Sequence record: DRR723986_3483
Length of the DNA stretch: 64,000 bases
Reading direction: 5' to 3' (one strand)
Shown here: positions 30,638 to 39,589 of the stretch, piece after piece
Numbering within the stretch: the stretch's first letter is position 1
Layout of the letters: each line of letters begins with the position of its first letter
Made by a program: the position numbers and the translations under genes
The notes under the pieces: model-generated
The model's input: only the letters and a program-made list of their open reading frames with translations
Told to the model about the DNA's origin: nothing
Databases searched by the model: none

Positions 30638-31765
30638 TTAATCTACAGTAATGACATGAGTGTAATTTGACACCTCGGCATTAAAGATGACACTGATATC
30701 CGCACTTGCATTATCCACTTCAGTGGCAAACTTGAAGCTGTTGTTCCATCGGTCATCCGATACTGGAACCATATACCAATAAGCAGGACCAGTGGATTCT
30801 GTTGGTCTTTGATTGTCACCATTTGTGCTGCCGAACCATTCCCCTACCTCATTTCCTTCCACATCGGTAGTTGTGAATCGAAATTTATACCGCTCATCAC
30901 GACCCCAGCTTTCCTGTCTGAACACAATTGGAAAGTCTGATAATGACCATGTACCATTCTCATCATAAGGGAGTTCTGTAAGAAACACGCCATCAGGAGC
31001 AAACCACAATTCCACTTTATTAATCTCTGTAATCTCGGTTGTTCCATTTGAGAAATCCACCCGGATTCTTACTACCTGATCATCTCCTGAATATTCAGTT
31101 TCACCATCAGCTCTTAGCTTTTCACCATCGATATAGTAGGTATCAGGTTCTCCGGAATTTCTTGACGCAAAATGATAGGCTCCACTTTTCAGTGAAGTAT
31201 AGGCTTCAAAAGTATTCGTGCTGGTTTTCTTCATTAAAATTGCCTCAGAAAGTTCATCTCCTGCTTCGGTGGCTGATCCTACCAGAAAAAGCTCATCTGG
31301 AGAAGGGAAACCTGCCGGCCTGGCTACTTCAATTGTCCGGATTTCCTTTAGAGGTTGGACATTTATCCCCTTGGAGGATTGAACCGACCATTGGAGCTTA
31401 CCTACCCCTTCAGGCTGAATTCCTGCCATTTGAGCTATTTTGTTCAATTCTGAAAAAGGCAACGTGAGACTACGTTGCAATCCCCTGCCATCAGAAGGCA
31501 ATAAGTACAACGGATCAGAAAAATCTCCACCTTCTTCATCAAATACCACTTCATAAAGGACTACCCCATTATCCGCAGCTTTGGCCGCTTCCCATTCAAA
31601 TATTGCGGAGCTCTGAGCTCCCAAGTTCATATACGCATTGTTTTCCGGCGCATAGAGGGAATTTACAGGCGTTACTTCAGTGTGCAGCTCCTCGTCTTCC
31701 ACACAGGAAAACAGACTGGTGAGTACTGTAAGAACACCAAGAAATTTATATAGGTTATTTTTCAT
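30638..31765 (-). CDS. SusE-like surface glycan-binding lipoprotein
   Basis: Lipobox LFSC, N-terminal Ig-like SusE domain (F.W..A, Y...FD), LVGSATE repeat start; directly after susD. Confidence 0.85.
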   Translation of the reverse strand: MKNNLYKFLGVLTVLTSLFSCVEDEELHTEVTPVNSLYAPENNAYMNLGAQSSAIFEWEAAKAADNGVVLYEVVFDEEGGDFSDPLYLLPSDGRGLQRSLTLPFSELNKIAQMAGIQPEGVGKLQWSVQSSKGINVQPLKEIRTIEVARPAGFPSPDELFLVGSATEAGDELSEAILMKKTSTNTFEAYTSLKSGAYHFASRNSGEPDTYYIDGEKLRADGETEYSGDDQVVRIRVDFSNGTTEITEINKVELWFAPDGVFLTELPYDENGTWSLSDFPIVFRQESWGRDERYKFRFTTTDVEGNEVGEWFGSTNGDNQRPTESTGPAYWYMVPVSDDRWNNSFKFATEVDNASADISVIFNAEVSNYTHVITVD

Positions 31766-31800
31766 CTTTGATTTATTTAAAGTTTAGCTATGGGTTGGAA

Positions 31801-33432
31801 TTAATCCCAACCCGGATTTTGGGTCAAGTTTGGATTTAAGTTTCGCTCATCACGTGGCACTGGCCATAGGTAGTGTTTTGCTGGATCAAAGGATCTCAAA
31901 TTCACTCTCAGGTAGCCATTGTCCTCGGAAGGTGGACCGAACTTGGCGCCATGAGCCCAGCCATTCAGGACATCTTCAGCTGTTTTCCATCTCCGGATAT
32001 CAAAGATCCGCAGTCCTTCCATAGCCAGTTCAGATCTTCTTTCATTGCGAATAAGCTCTCTGTATTGGGCTTGATTAAGGCTTGCATCAAATGCAAGCGC
32101 TGAACCTGCTTCAAATCCTGCTCTTTCGCGCAGAGCCCGGATCGTTTGATTCCACACATTTTCATCCATTTCTCCCAGTTCATTCTTAGCTTCTGCATAC
32201 ATCAAAAGCACATCCGCATAGCGTATCAACATAAGATTAAGGCCAGAAGCAAATTGGGTAATATGGGTGGGATCAAAGTATTTTCTGGTATAATACCCCG
32301 TAGTGGTGCTGGAAGAACCAGGCACATATTCGTCTGGAGCAGAGGGATCAGGGTCAGTACCTGGCTTGATATAAATAGTTCGACTTGAGCCGTTTTCTTC
32401 CCAATCATACTGGTGATATACTATGGTAGCTGTGAGTCTTGGATCGCGGTTTGCATACGGATTTTCTTCATCGTATTCGGAATCCCCATTATCAATAGTT
32501 AGCCCATTTTCCATGATATAGCTGTCGACCAATTCCTGAGTTGGAGCCAAAGCATTCAACCTGGCTCCTGTGGATAGCGGCGCCATATCAAAGAATTCCC
32601 CCCAAGTTCTTAGCTGAGACACATATTGTAAACTGAGAATATCTTCAGAATTGAATTCGTTTTCAGGCAAAAACAACCCTTCATAGGAAGGAAATAGTGC
32701 ATAGTTTCCAAATCCATCTCCCGAAATCAATCTTTCGGTAGTCTGCACCACTTCCTGCCACTGGCTTTCATACAGATGAGCCCTAGCTTTCAATGCCATA
32801 GCAGCTCCTGAAGTAAGTCTGCCCCGTTCTACATCAAGAAGTTCCTGCTGCGTGGGTAGAACCAAACTTACCTCTTCTAATTCAGTCAGTATGAAATTCA
32901 GTACCTCTGCCTTTGGAGCACGGGTTATAGTTTGAGCTTCCTCTATGGTTACATCCTTTTGCAACAGTGGAATATCCCCAAACCAGGTCATCAACTGAAA
33001 ATGTAAAAAGGCTCTGATGAATCGGGCTTCAGCGATCATTCTTTCTTTTACCGCCTCATCCATATCCGGCACCTGATCAATATTCTCCAGAAGGATATTA
33101 CACGTTTTTATTCCAGTGTATCTACCACTCCACTCACTTTGCAGCCTACCCAGAGAAGGGTCGTACGTTCCTGCTGCGAGTGATGCTGCACCGGCATTGT
33201 CTCCACGACCGTTGTAGGCATTATCTGAAGTAGCTTCATTATAAAAAAACCGGTTGCTATCAAACATCTGTGAGTAAGCAGTATTGAGCACACTTTGTGC
33301 CTTTGCTTCCGAACTCCAATAAGTAAGATCTGTGAATGTATTTTCAGGTGCCAAATCCAGCTCCTTACATCCTGTCCACATCGTGGTCACCAATGCAGCC
33401 AGAATTAGTGTATGTATTTTTAGATTTTTCAT
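31801..33432 (-). CDS. susD: SusD/RagB lipoprotein
   Basis: Start MKNLKI (33432), lipobox WTGC, EARFIRA, RDPRL, IRYADVLLMYAEA, ERRSELAMEG, QNPGW. Confidence 0.95.
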   Translation of the reverse strand: MKNLKIHTLILAALVTTMWTGCKELDLAPENTFTDLTYWSSEAKAQSVLNTAYSQMFDSNRFFYNEATSDNAYNGRGDNAGAASLAAGTYDPSLGRLQSEWSGRYTGIKTCNILLENIDQVPDMDEAVKERMIAEARFIRAFLHFQLMTWFGDIPLLQKDVTIEEAQTITRAPKAEVLNFILTELEEVSLVLPTQQELLDVERGRLTSGAAMALKARAHLYESQWQEVVQTTERLISGDGFGNYALFPSYEGLFLPENEFNSEDILSLQYVSQLRTWGEFFDMAPLSTGARLNALAPTQELVDSYIMENGLTIDNGDSEYDEENPYANRDPRLTATIVYHQYDWEENGSSRTIYIKPGTDPDPSAPDEYVPGSSSTTTGYYTRKYFDPTHITQFASGLNLMLIRYADVLLMYAEAKNELGEMDENVWNQTIRALRERAGFEAGSALAFDASLNQAQYRELIRNERRSELAMEGLRIFDIRRWKTAEDVLNGWAHGAKFGPPSEDNGYLRVNLRSFDPAKHYLWPVPRDERNLNPNLTQNPGWD

Positions 33433-33445
33433 TTTGGGCGTAGGG

Positions 33446-36400
33446 TTAAAAGGTGATGTCCAAACCGAATCCATAGTAGACCATAGTTGGATAAGCTCTG
33501 GCACTATTGGCGCCTCCACTTCTCAAGCTATTGTCGAATTCGGACAATTCCGGATCCACAAAATCCACTTTGGATAGTGTAAATAGATTCTGACCCGAGA
33601 TATAAGCACGACAATTCTGCATTCCAATTCGCTGTGCAAGAGAAACCGGGAGTGTATAGCCCAATTGTACATTCTTTAATCGAACATAAGCTCCGTCAAA
33701 AAGATACATATCTGAACCCCTTCGGAAATTGTTTGTATTCGATTGACTACCATTTTCCGCAAGTATTGGGTAGCGAGCATCGGGATTTTGTGGAGTCCAG
33801 TAATCCAACTGATGTGTGTACATGGTCATTCCATAATTGAAGTGGAATGGCTCAACGGCCTCGCCCCTAATCATCATCGTTCTTCTTCCTACACCTTGTG
33901 CAAAAATATTCAGATCAAATCCCTTCACCTTGACATTATAAGTGAGACCGAAAGTCAACCGCGGAAATGGATTGCCAAAAACATATTTATCGTCATCGTT
34001 GATAATTCCGTTGCCATCTACATCCACATATCGATTGTCTCCTGGCTGGACATTCAGTCCTTCAGGTTTCGGCCCACTTTCTACCTCATCAATGTTTTGG
34101 AAATAACCATCACGCTTGAGACCCACATAGGAATTGAAAGGATAACCCTCTTTCAGGAGGACTTGAAGTTCCTCCAGTCCTGTTAAACGTTCGTTACCTT
34201 GGAAGTCCAACACCTCGTTTTTGGAATCACCTAGGTTAAAAGTGAAGGAATGATTGAAATGCTGTCCTCTATGTCTATAGGTAGTAGTAACCTCCCACCC
34301 TCTATTACCTACTTTTCCACTGTTAAAATCTGGCAAGGAAGTTCCAAATACTCCTGGTACAGCCGGAGGGACTAGAATATCTGAGGTTACCTTATTGAAA
34401 TAATCCAGGCTCAAGGTCAATGCACCATCCAGGAAATCAAGATCAGCTCCTATGTTGAAAGTTGCTGCCCGCTCCCATTGAATATTTGGATTCGCATAAT
34501 TAAATCCAGTTCCGCCGACTACCGAATTATTGAATCCATACGCATTTTGATAGGTAAAGAATGTGGTCTGATATTGATAGTTACCTACGTTCTGGTTTCC
34601 AAGGACTCCATAAGAACTTCGTATTTTAAAATCTCCGAACCTTTCCTTATACCCACTCATGAAAGCCTCCTCGGACAATCTATAGCCTAAAGATGCCGAA
34701 GGGAAGAATCCCCACCTTTCACCCTCTCTAAATTTGGAAGAACCATCATAGCGAAAACTAAATTCGACGAAGTATTTTTCGCTGTAATTGTAATAAGCGC
34801 CACCAAATGCGGAATAAAGACTGTTTTCAGAAGAACTCTGATTTGAATTATAAGAGTCTGGGCTGATGATAGTCTCTGTAACTGGAGTTCCCAAATCCGG
34901 GTCTGTAAAGGTTTTGTATATCCCAATTCCCCTATCTGTATGATTCTCATTAGAAGCACCAATCAGGAAGCTGAGGTCATGGACTTCATTGAACACCTTT
35001 CCGTAATCCAACATTACCTGGGTATTTAGATCCATTCCCTTTCTGCTCTCGTCATTTGTATTACGATTGCCACCATAGACCCCTCTTGGATAAAAATCCA
35101 CCTGAATAACCCTTCCATATTGGTTATTTGAATACATGTTAAATCCAAATACTCCACGAAGTTTCAAGTGATCGGTAAAACGAAATTCACCACTGAGATT
35201 CCCAAATACATTGTCATCAATATGCTGCCTAAATCCACCTTCTTCCAAAATCCCCAAAGGATTAAATTCCTGTAGTACATCATTGGTTAGATATCTACCA
35301 AGAGAATCTTTCTGTGTATAGTAAAGCGGTACCCGGTTGGCATCGGCCATCAGTGTTCCACTTGAGGAAGAATGATCCGTGATAAGCCTTCGGGTATACG
35401 CCAGTCGGGAACTAAGTTTAAACCTCCCAAATTCGTTGGTCAGGTTCATTCTATAATTAAAACGTTTGTAGCCTTTTGCCGGTCCGACATAGTTGCTTTG
35501 CTGATCTGTGTATCCAGCGGATACTAGGTAAGTACTGTTCTCACCTCCTCCAGATACTGTCACATTATGATTTTGCTGAAGTGCATTGTCAAAAATTTCT
35601 TTGGCAAACCATTCCGTATCGCCATTTTCCTGAATTTGACGGATCTCCTCAGGGCTGAATATAGCTTCACTTCTTCCTGCGTTGAAAGCAGCTTCATTTC
35701 TCAGCATTGCATTCTGATAGCCATGAACAGGCTCGGTAAAAAACTGCGGGGTATTTACACCTACCAGACCGTTGTAAGTAACCACAGGTCTGGAATTCCT
35801 TTGTCCTTGTTTTGTAGTAATCAACACCACACCATTATTGGCACGAGAGCCATAAATGGCGGCGCTGCCCGCATCCTTTAAAACAGAGACACTTTCAATA
35901 TCCGAAGGATTTAGCAAATTAATGTCCCCGCCAATTACCCCATCGATAACTACCAGGGGTGAATTGTCCCCCAAAGTACTGATGCCTCGTATGTTTAAAT
36001 TAACTCCTGCACCTGGTTCTGAATTTCGCTGTTGCACAATGAGATTCGCTGAGACACCTTGCAGTGCCTGACTCATCGTGGCTACAGGTCTTCCTTCCAG
36101 CGCTTCCTTACCTACCTGATCTACAGCACCTATTAAATCTAATTTTTTACGTGTGCCATACCCTACCACAATCACCTCATCTAGAGAAGACAGGTTTACA
36201 CCCATGGTAATATCTATCACAGTTTGTGTCCCAATGGTAACTTTCTGAGTTTCATACCCTACAAACGTAAACACCAGTACATCCCCTTGCTCTGCCTGAA
36301 TGGAATAATTTCCGTCTAAATCTGTGACGGTACCAATTACGGATTGACCCTCGATAACTATTGATGCACCAGGTAATGGCAAACCAGATTCATCCACGAC

Positions 36401-36820
36401 TTTTCCTGTCACCTGAACACCCACTTTTGCTTCTACCGAAGTGACTTTTACTTCAGCTACCGGAGATCGCGAAATATGAATGGTGTTATTGATTTGTTTG
36501 AAGGATAGCTTGGCTTTGACCGAAAGTTCCTCCAGAACCGAGAGTAATGTTTGCTCGCGAACGTCCAGCGTCACCTTTGAGGAATTAGTAATCAGATTCA
36601 TATCATAGGCAAATCTGAATTCTGTTTTATTCTCAATGGTCTTGAGAATTTTTTCAAGACTTGCATCTGTCAGCGAAATACTGATAATGACACTTTTCAA
36701 GTCATTTTGTTGACTGGCGAAGGACTGTATTGGACCGGTAAATACCCCTGTCATAAAAAATAGACAGAGTAAATACCGGGCTAACAGCTTTCCCCTCATG
36801 CGTTGTAATTTTTGCTTCAT
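33446..36820 (-). CDS. susC: SusC TonB-dependent transducer with N-terminal STN signalling domain
   Basis: About 130-aa N-terminal STN-like extension (L..IE.KT.F.F.Y), LKDAGSAAIYGSRANNGVVLITTK, RYDGSSKF, terminal Phe. Confidence 0.97.
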   Translation of the reverse strand: MKQKLQRMRGKLLARYLLCLFFMTGVFTGPIQSFASQQNDLKSVIISISLTDASLEKILKTIENKTEFRFAYDMNLITNSSKVTLDVREQTLLSVLEELSVKAKLSFKQINNTIHISRSPVAEVKVTSVEAKVGVQVTGKVVDESGLPLPGASIVIEGQSVIGTVTDLDGNYSIQAEQGDVLVFTFVGYETQKVTIGTQTVIDITMGVNLSSLDEVIVVGYGTRKKLDLIGAVDQVGKEALEGRPVATMSQALQGVSANLIVQQRNSEPGAGVNLNIRGISTLGDNSPLVVIDGVIGGDINLLNPSDIESVSVLKDAGSAAIYGSRANNGVVLITTKQGQRNSRPVVTYNGLVGVNTPQFFTEPVHGYQNAMLRNEAAFNAGRSEAIFSPEEIRQIQENGDTEWFAKEIFDNALQQNHNVTVSGGGENSTYLVSAGYTDQQSNYVGPAKGYKRFNYRMNLTNEFGRFKLSSRLAYTRRLITDHSSSSGTLMADANRVPLYYTQKDSLGRYLTNDVLQEFNPLGILEEGGFRQHIDDNVFGNLSGEFRFTDHLKLRGVFGFNMYSNNQYGRVIQVDFYPRGVYGGNRNTNDESRKGMDLNTQVMLDYGKVFNEVHDLSFLIGASNENHTDRGIGIYKTFTDPDLGTPVTETIISPDSYNSNQSSSENSLYSAFGGAYYNYSEKYFVEFSFRYDGSSKFREGERWGFFPSASLGYRLSEEAFMSGYKERFGDFKIRSSYGVLGNQNVGNYQYQTTFFTYQNAYGFNNSVVGGTGFNYANPNIQWERAATFNIGADLDFLDGALTLSLDYFNKVTSDILVPPAVPGVFGTSLPDFNSGKVGNRGWEVTTTYRHRGQHFNHSFTFNLGDSKNEVLDFQGNERLTGLEELQVLLKEGYPFNSYVGLKRDGYFQNIDEVESGPKPEGLNVQPGDNRYVDVDGNGIINDDDKYVFGNPFPRLTFGLTYNVKVKGFDLNIFAQGVGRRTMMIRGEAVEPFHFNYGMTMYTHQLDYWTPQNPDARYPILAENGSQSNTNNFRRGSDMYLFDGAYVRLKNVQLGYTLPVSLAQRIGMQNCRAYISGQNLFTLSKVDFVDPELSEFDNSLRSGGANSARAYPTMVYYGFGLDITF

Positions 36821-36862
36821 TATTTTGGGATTGTTTAGGTTATATATGAGGGCTCTTACGAG

Positions 36863-37909
36863 CTATTTTTTTCTAGAAATTCTCACAGTTCCATCTCTGA
36901 TCTCATAGGAGATCCCCAGAGAATATTGCATACCATTTAGGACATTTTCCAAACTTTCATCTTGAAATTCCCCACTGTATTTTCCATTGAATTCTAGACT
37001 TGGAGAAAATTCAAACCTTACGTTATACCATCTGGAAAGGCGCTCAAAGACTTGAGGATAAGGCTCCTCATCAAACTTTAGGATGCGGTGCCTCCATCCT
37101 AAAAGGTGATTGTAATCATATCCCCCTTTTTTCAGAGACTTGCTCTGGGGGTCGTAGTAAGTTGCTTCGCTGGGGAGTATGGTGGCTGACACGCCATTTT
37201 CAGTATCCACCTTTACTTTTCCTGTTACTACTGCCACATGAAGCTGATCTTCATCTGGATAAGCACTTACATCAAATGAGGTCCCTAAAACCGTGGTGCT
37301 CAAATCCCCACTTTTGACAGTAAAGGGTAATTGCTCATTCCTTTCCACTTCAAAAAATGCTTGGCCAACGAGTTCTACTGTTCGTTTAGAGGAAAAATCA
37401 TCTAAATATCTTATTTCACTTGCTGAATTTAGGGTAACGGTAGAGCCGTCAGGCAAATGGAAAACCTTTTTCATTCCCCTCTGAGTTGACTTTACAACCC
37501 ATTCTGGTTGGACATTTTCAGCTATGTTACGATTGTCAACTGAACCTATATAATTGAGTAAAAGAACTCCGGCAAACAGCAGGGAGGCAGCAACAGGCCA
37601 CCACTTCGAGTAATTCTTTCTACTACTACCTGAAAAAGTCTTTAATTCCTTCTGACTCTCCCATTTCGAATTAAACTCCAATAACTTATTCCGCATCTGG
37701 CTGAAATCCTTTTCATCCATATGATACTTGTCTTTCCACTCAATCGTCTTTGTTAGTTCCTTGGCACGCAACATCATTTCCTTCCTTTCTCTGTTCGCTT
37801 CGACCCATTCGGACCAATATCGATTAAGTTCAGGATTCGGATTAACTGCCCATTTCATGAATAATGGGTGCTTCAAAAAATCTGCTTCACTTTTAGGTTT
37901 AAATTCCAT
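36863..37909 (-). CDS. FecR-family anti-sigma factor
   Basis: TM segment, LPDGS.V.LN..S, GQAFFEV, VLGTSF.V.AY; likely start MEFKPK at 37909. Confidence 0.93.
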   Translation of the reverse strand: MEFKPKSEADFLKHPLFMKWAVNPNPELNRYWSEWVEANRERKEMMLRAKELTKTIEWKDKYHMDEKDFSQMRNKLLEFNSKWESQKELKTFSGSSRKNYSKWWPVAASLLFAGVLLLNYIGSVDNRNIAENVQPEWVVKSTQRGMKKVFHLPDGSTVTLNSASEIRYLDDFSSKRTVELVGQAFFEVERNEQLPFTVKSGDLSTTVLGTSFDVSAYPDEDQLHVAVVTGKVKVDTENGVSATILPSEATYYDPQSKSLKKGGYDYNHLLGWRHRILKFDEEPYPQVFERLSRWYNVRFEFSPSLEFNGKYSGEFQDESLENVLNGMQYSLGISYEIRDGTVRISRKK

Positions 37910-37958
37910 TCCCTGTAAAAGATGGGGTTTTATTGATTTATGACTGTGACCTATATAG

Positions 37959-37983
37959 AGACAGGCTCTTATAAAATGACCCC
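37959..37983 (-). promoter_or_regulatory. possible ECF-sigma promoter upstream of fecR-susC
   Basis: Minus strand: T-tract, then GGGGTC-N14-TGTCT about 50 nt before the fecR start; only resembles ECF-type -35/-10 elements. Confidence 0.3.
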
Positions 37984-38208
37984 ACAAGTGCTAAAAAAAA
38001 ATATGATATTTCACGAATTTAGTTTTGACAAAACCTTTACAACTGATGTTTTTAAACCACTCGCTATAAAAAATCAAAAGAAAAGATCAGCCAGAAACCA
38101 AATCTCAAAATCAAGATTTGGTAAAAATTTGAAGTTGCGTGAGCGGAGAAAAAAAGTCTTCTCCGAATAATACCTGCCAAAAAATGTAGTCTTCCTACAG
38201 ATCCTACC

Positions 38209-38895
38209 CTAAATAAAAAAGTAAAAACAACTCAATAAATCCCGGTGCTTTCCGAGAAGTTCGCTGAGACCTTCTAACGATCGATACAACAATTTTCTGG
38301 CAGATTTAACTTGAGAAAATTCCATAATATCGGCAATCTCCTTATAGGACAAGCCCTCAAAAAAATACAAAGCCAGAATTTCGCGTTGTCTTGCCGGAAG
38401 TTGGTTGCATGCATTTTCCAACAGCACTTTTTGATCCACAGTAAACTGAGTACTTATGCTATGATAATCAGGGGTGAAACTAAGTTGGAATTTCCCACTT
38501 AATCCAATGTTTTCATCAAACACAATATTCTTGCGTTGTTTTAACAATCTCAAAAGTCTACGTCTAAAACTACTGAAGATATAATGTTTGACAGATTGTG
38601 CACTTGACAACCTTTCTTTAGTTTTTATTAACTGATAAAAAACATCTTGTATAGCATCGTTAACTAATCCCGTATCACTTGAAAATTGCTTCCCATAATT
38701 AAAAAGTTTATCCGCGTATCTTTCAAATAGTACAGAAAGTGCATACTCACTTCCCTGAACAAACGCTGACCAAATTGCAGAATCCGAATCTTCTTCCTTC
38801 AGGGATGGCCCCATTTCCATAGCATGCAATTGCACCGATTCTTTCGAACTTCTCTCAGAAGAAGAGAAATCATCAAAATGGTTTTTATGAGTCAT
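38209..38895 (-). CDS. ECF RNA polymerase sigma-70 factor
   Basis: DAIQDVF region 2; LPARQREIL.L.FFEGLSYKEIADIM region 4; adjacent to fecR. Confidence 0.93.
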   Translation of the reverse strand: MTHKNHFDDFSSSERSSKESVQLHAMEMGPSLKEEDSDSAIWSAFVQGSEYALSVLFERYADKLFNYGKQFSSDTGLVNDAIQDVFYQLIKTKERLSSAQSVKHYIFSSFRRRLLRLLKQRKNIVFDENIGLSGKFQLSFTPDYHSISTQFTVDQKVLLENACNQLPARQREILALYFFEGLSYKEIADIMEFSQVKSARKLLYRSLEGLSELLGKHRDLLSCFYFFI

Positions 38896-38964
38896 GCTGG
38901 GATAGGAAATTGAATTTATGAATACACAGAATAAACTACCAATGGATACCTAAAGTGTCTATTT

Positions 38965-38995
38965 CAAAAGTAGTATTTTTAATTCTATTGCCAAA
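38965..38995 (-). promoter_or_regulatory. Bacteroidota housekeeping promoter for the ECF sigma gene
   Basis: Minus strand TTTG-N19-TACTTTTG matches the -33/-7 consensus TTTG-N19-21-TAnnTTTG. Confidence 0.65.
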
Positions 38996-39334
38996 TCACC
39001 CCAAGGACTACTGGATAAACGCTAATAGTCTACACAGCAGTTGTTGATTCTCAGTCACCGCAATCCTTACAATTGGGTTAGAAAGTAAAACTTACAAGAG
39101 GATGCTACTAATTGTGAGCGCATTAAGTAAAGAGGCTAAAGACAACATCGAGACAAAAAATACCTGATATTATATTTATCAAACCACCATAATTTTCCAA
39201 TCTTCCTGAAGTAGCTGGCCCGATTTGCACTAACCGCCCGGATCACCTTAAAGCGTCAGCTGCTAAAAAAGTTATTATTTACAAGTAATCAGTGATGAAA
39301 CAATTCAACTAAAAGGAAAAAACTACCCCTTGCA

Positions 39335-39365
39335 AAAAGCTGTCTGAGAAACCCAGACAGCTTTT
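39335..39365. other. perfect 12-bp hairpin in a divergent intergenic region
   Basis: AAAAGCTGTCTG-AGAAACC-CAGACAGCTTTT. Confidence 0.6.
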
Positions 39366-39589
39366 CTTTGGCCAAATTTTAGAAATACAGCACTTCAAAT
39401 TAATTATGAAAAGGCTATTTTTGAATTGAAGGACTCAATACATACTAATTGGATTGTCACCTGCTTAAATTCATTGAAATAAAAAATATGCTATAAAGAA
39501 TTACTACACTTGTATTGCAAGTGAACCTTAGCTTATACTATAAACCCAACAATCATTAACCCCTAGCGGAGTTTGATTCACAAATCTCA

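Noticed and set aside
39521-39561. TGAACC/TAAACC/TTAACC upstream of the regulator as an autoregulatory site
   Set aside because: Irregular spacing; such hexamers are common in AT-rich Bacteroidota leaders
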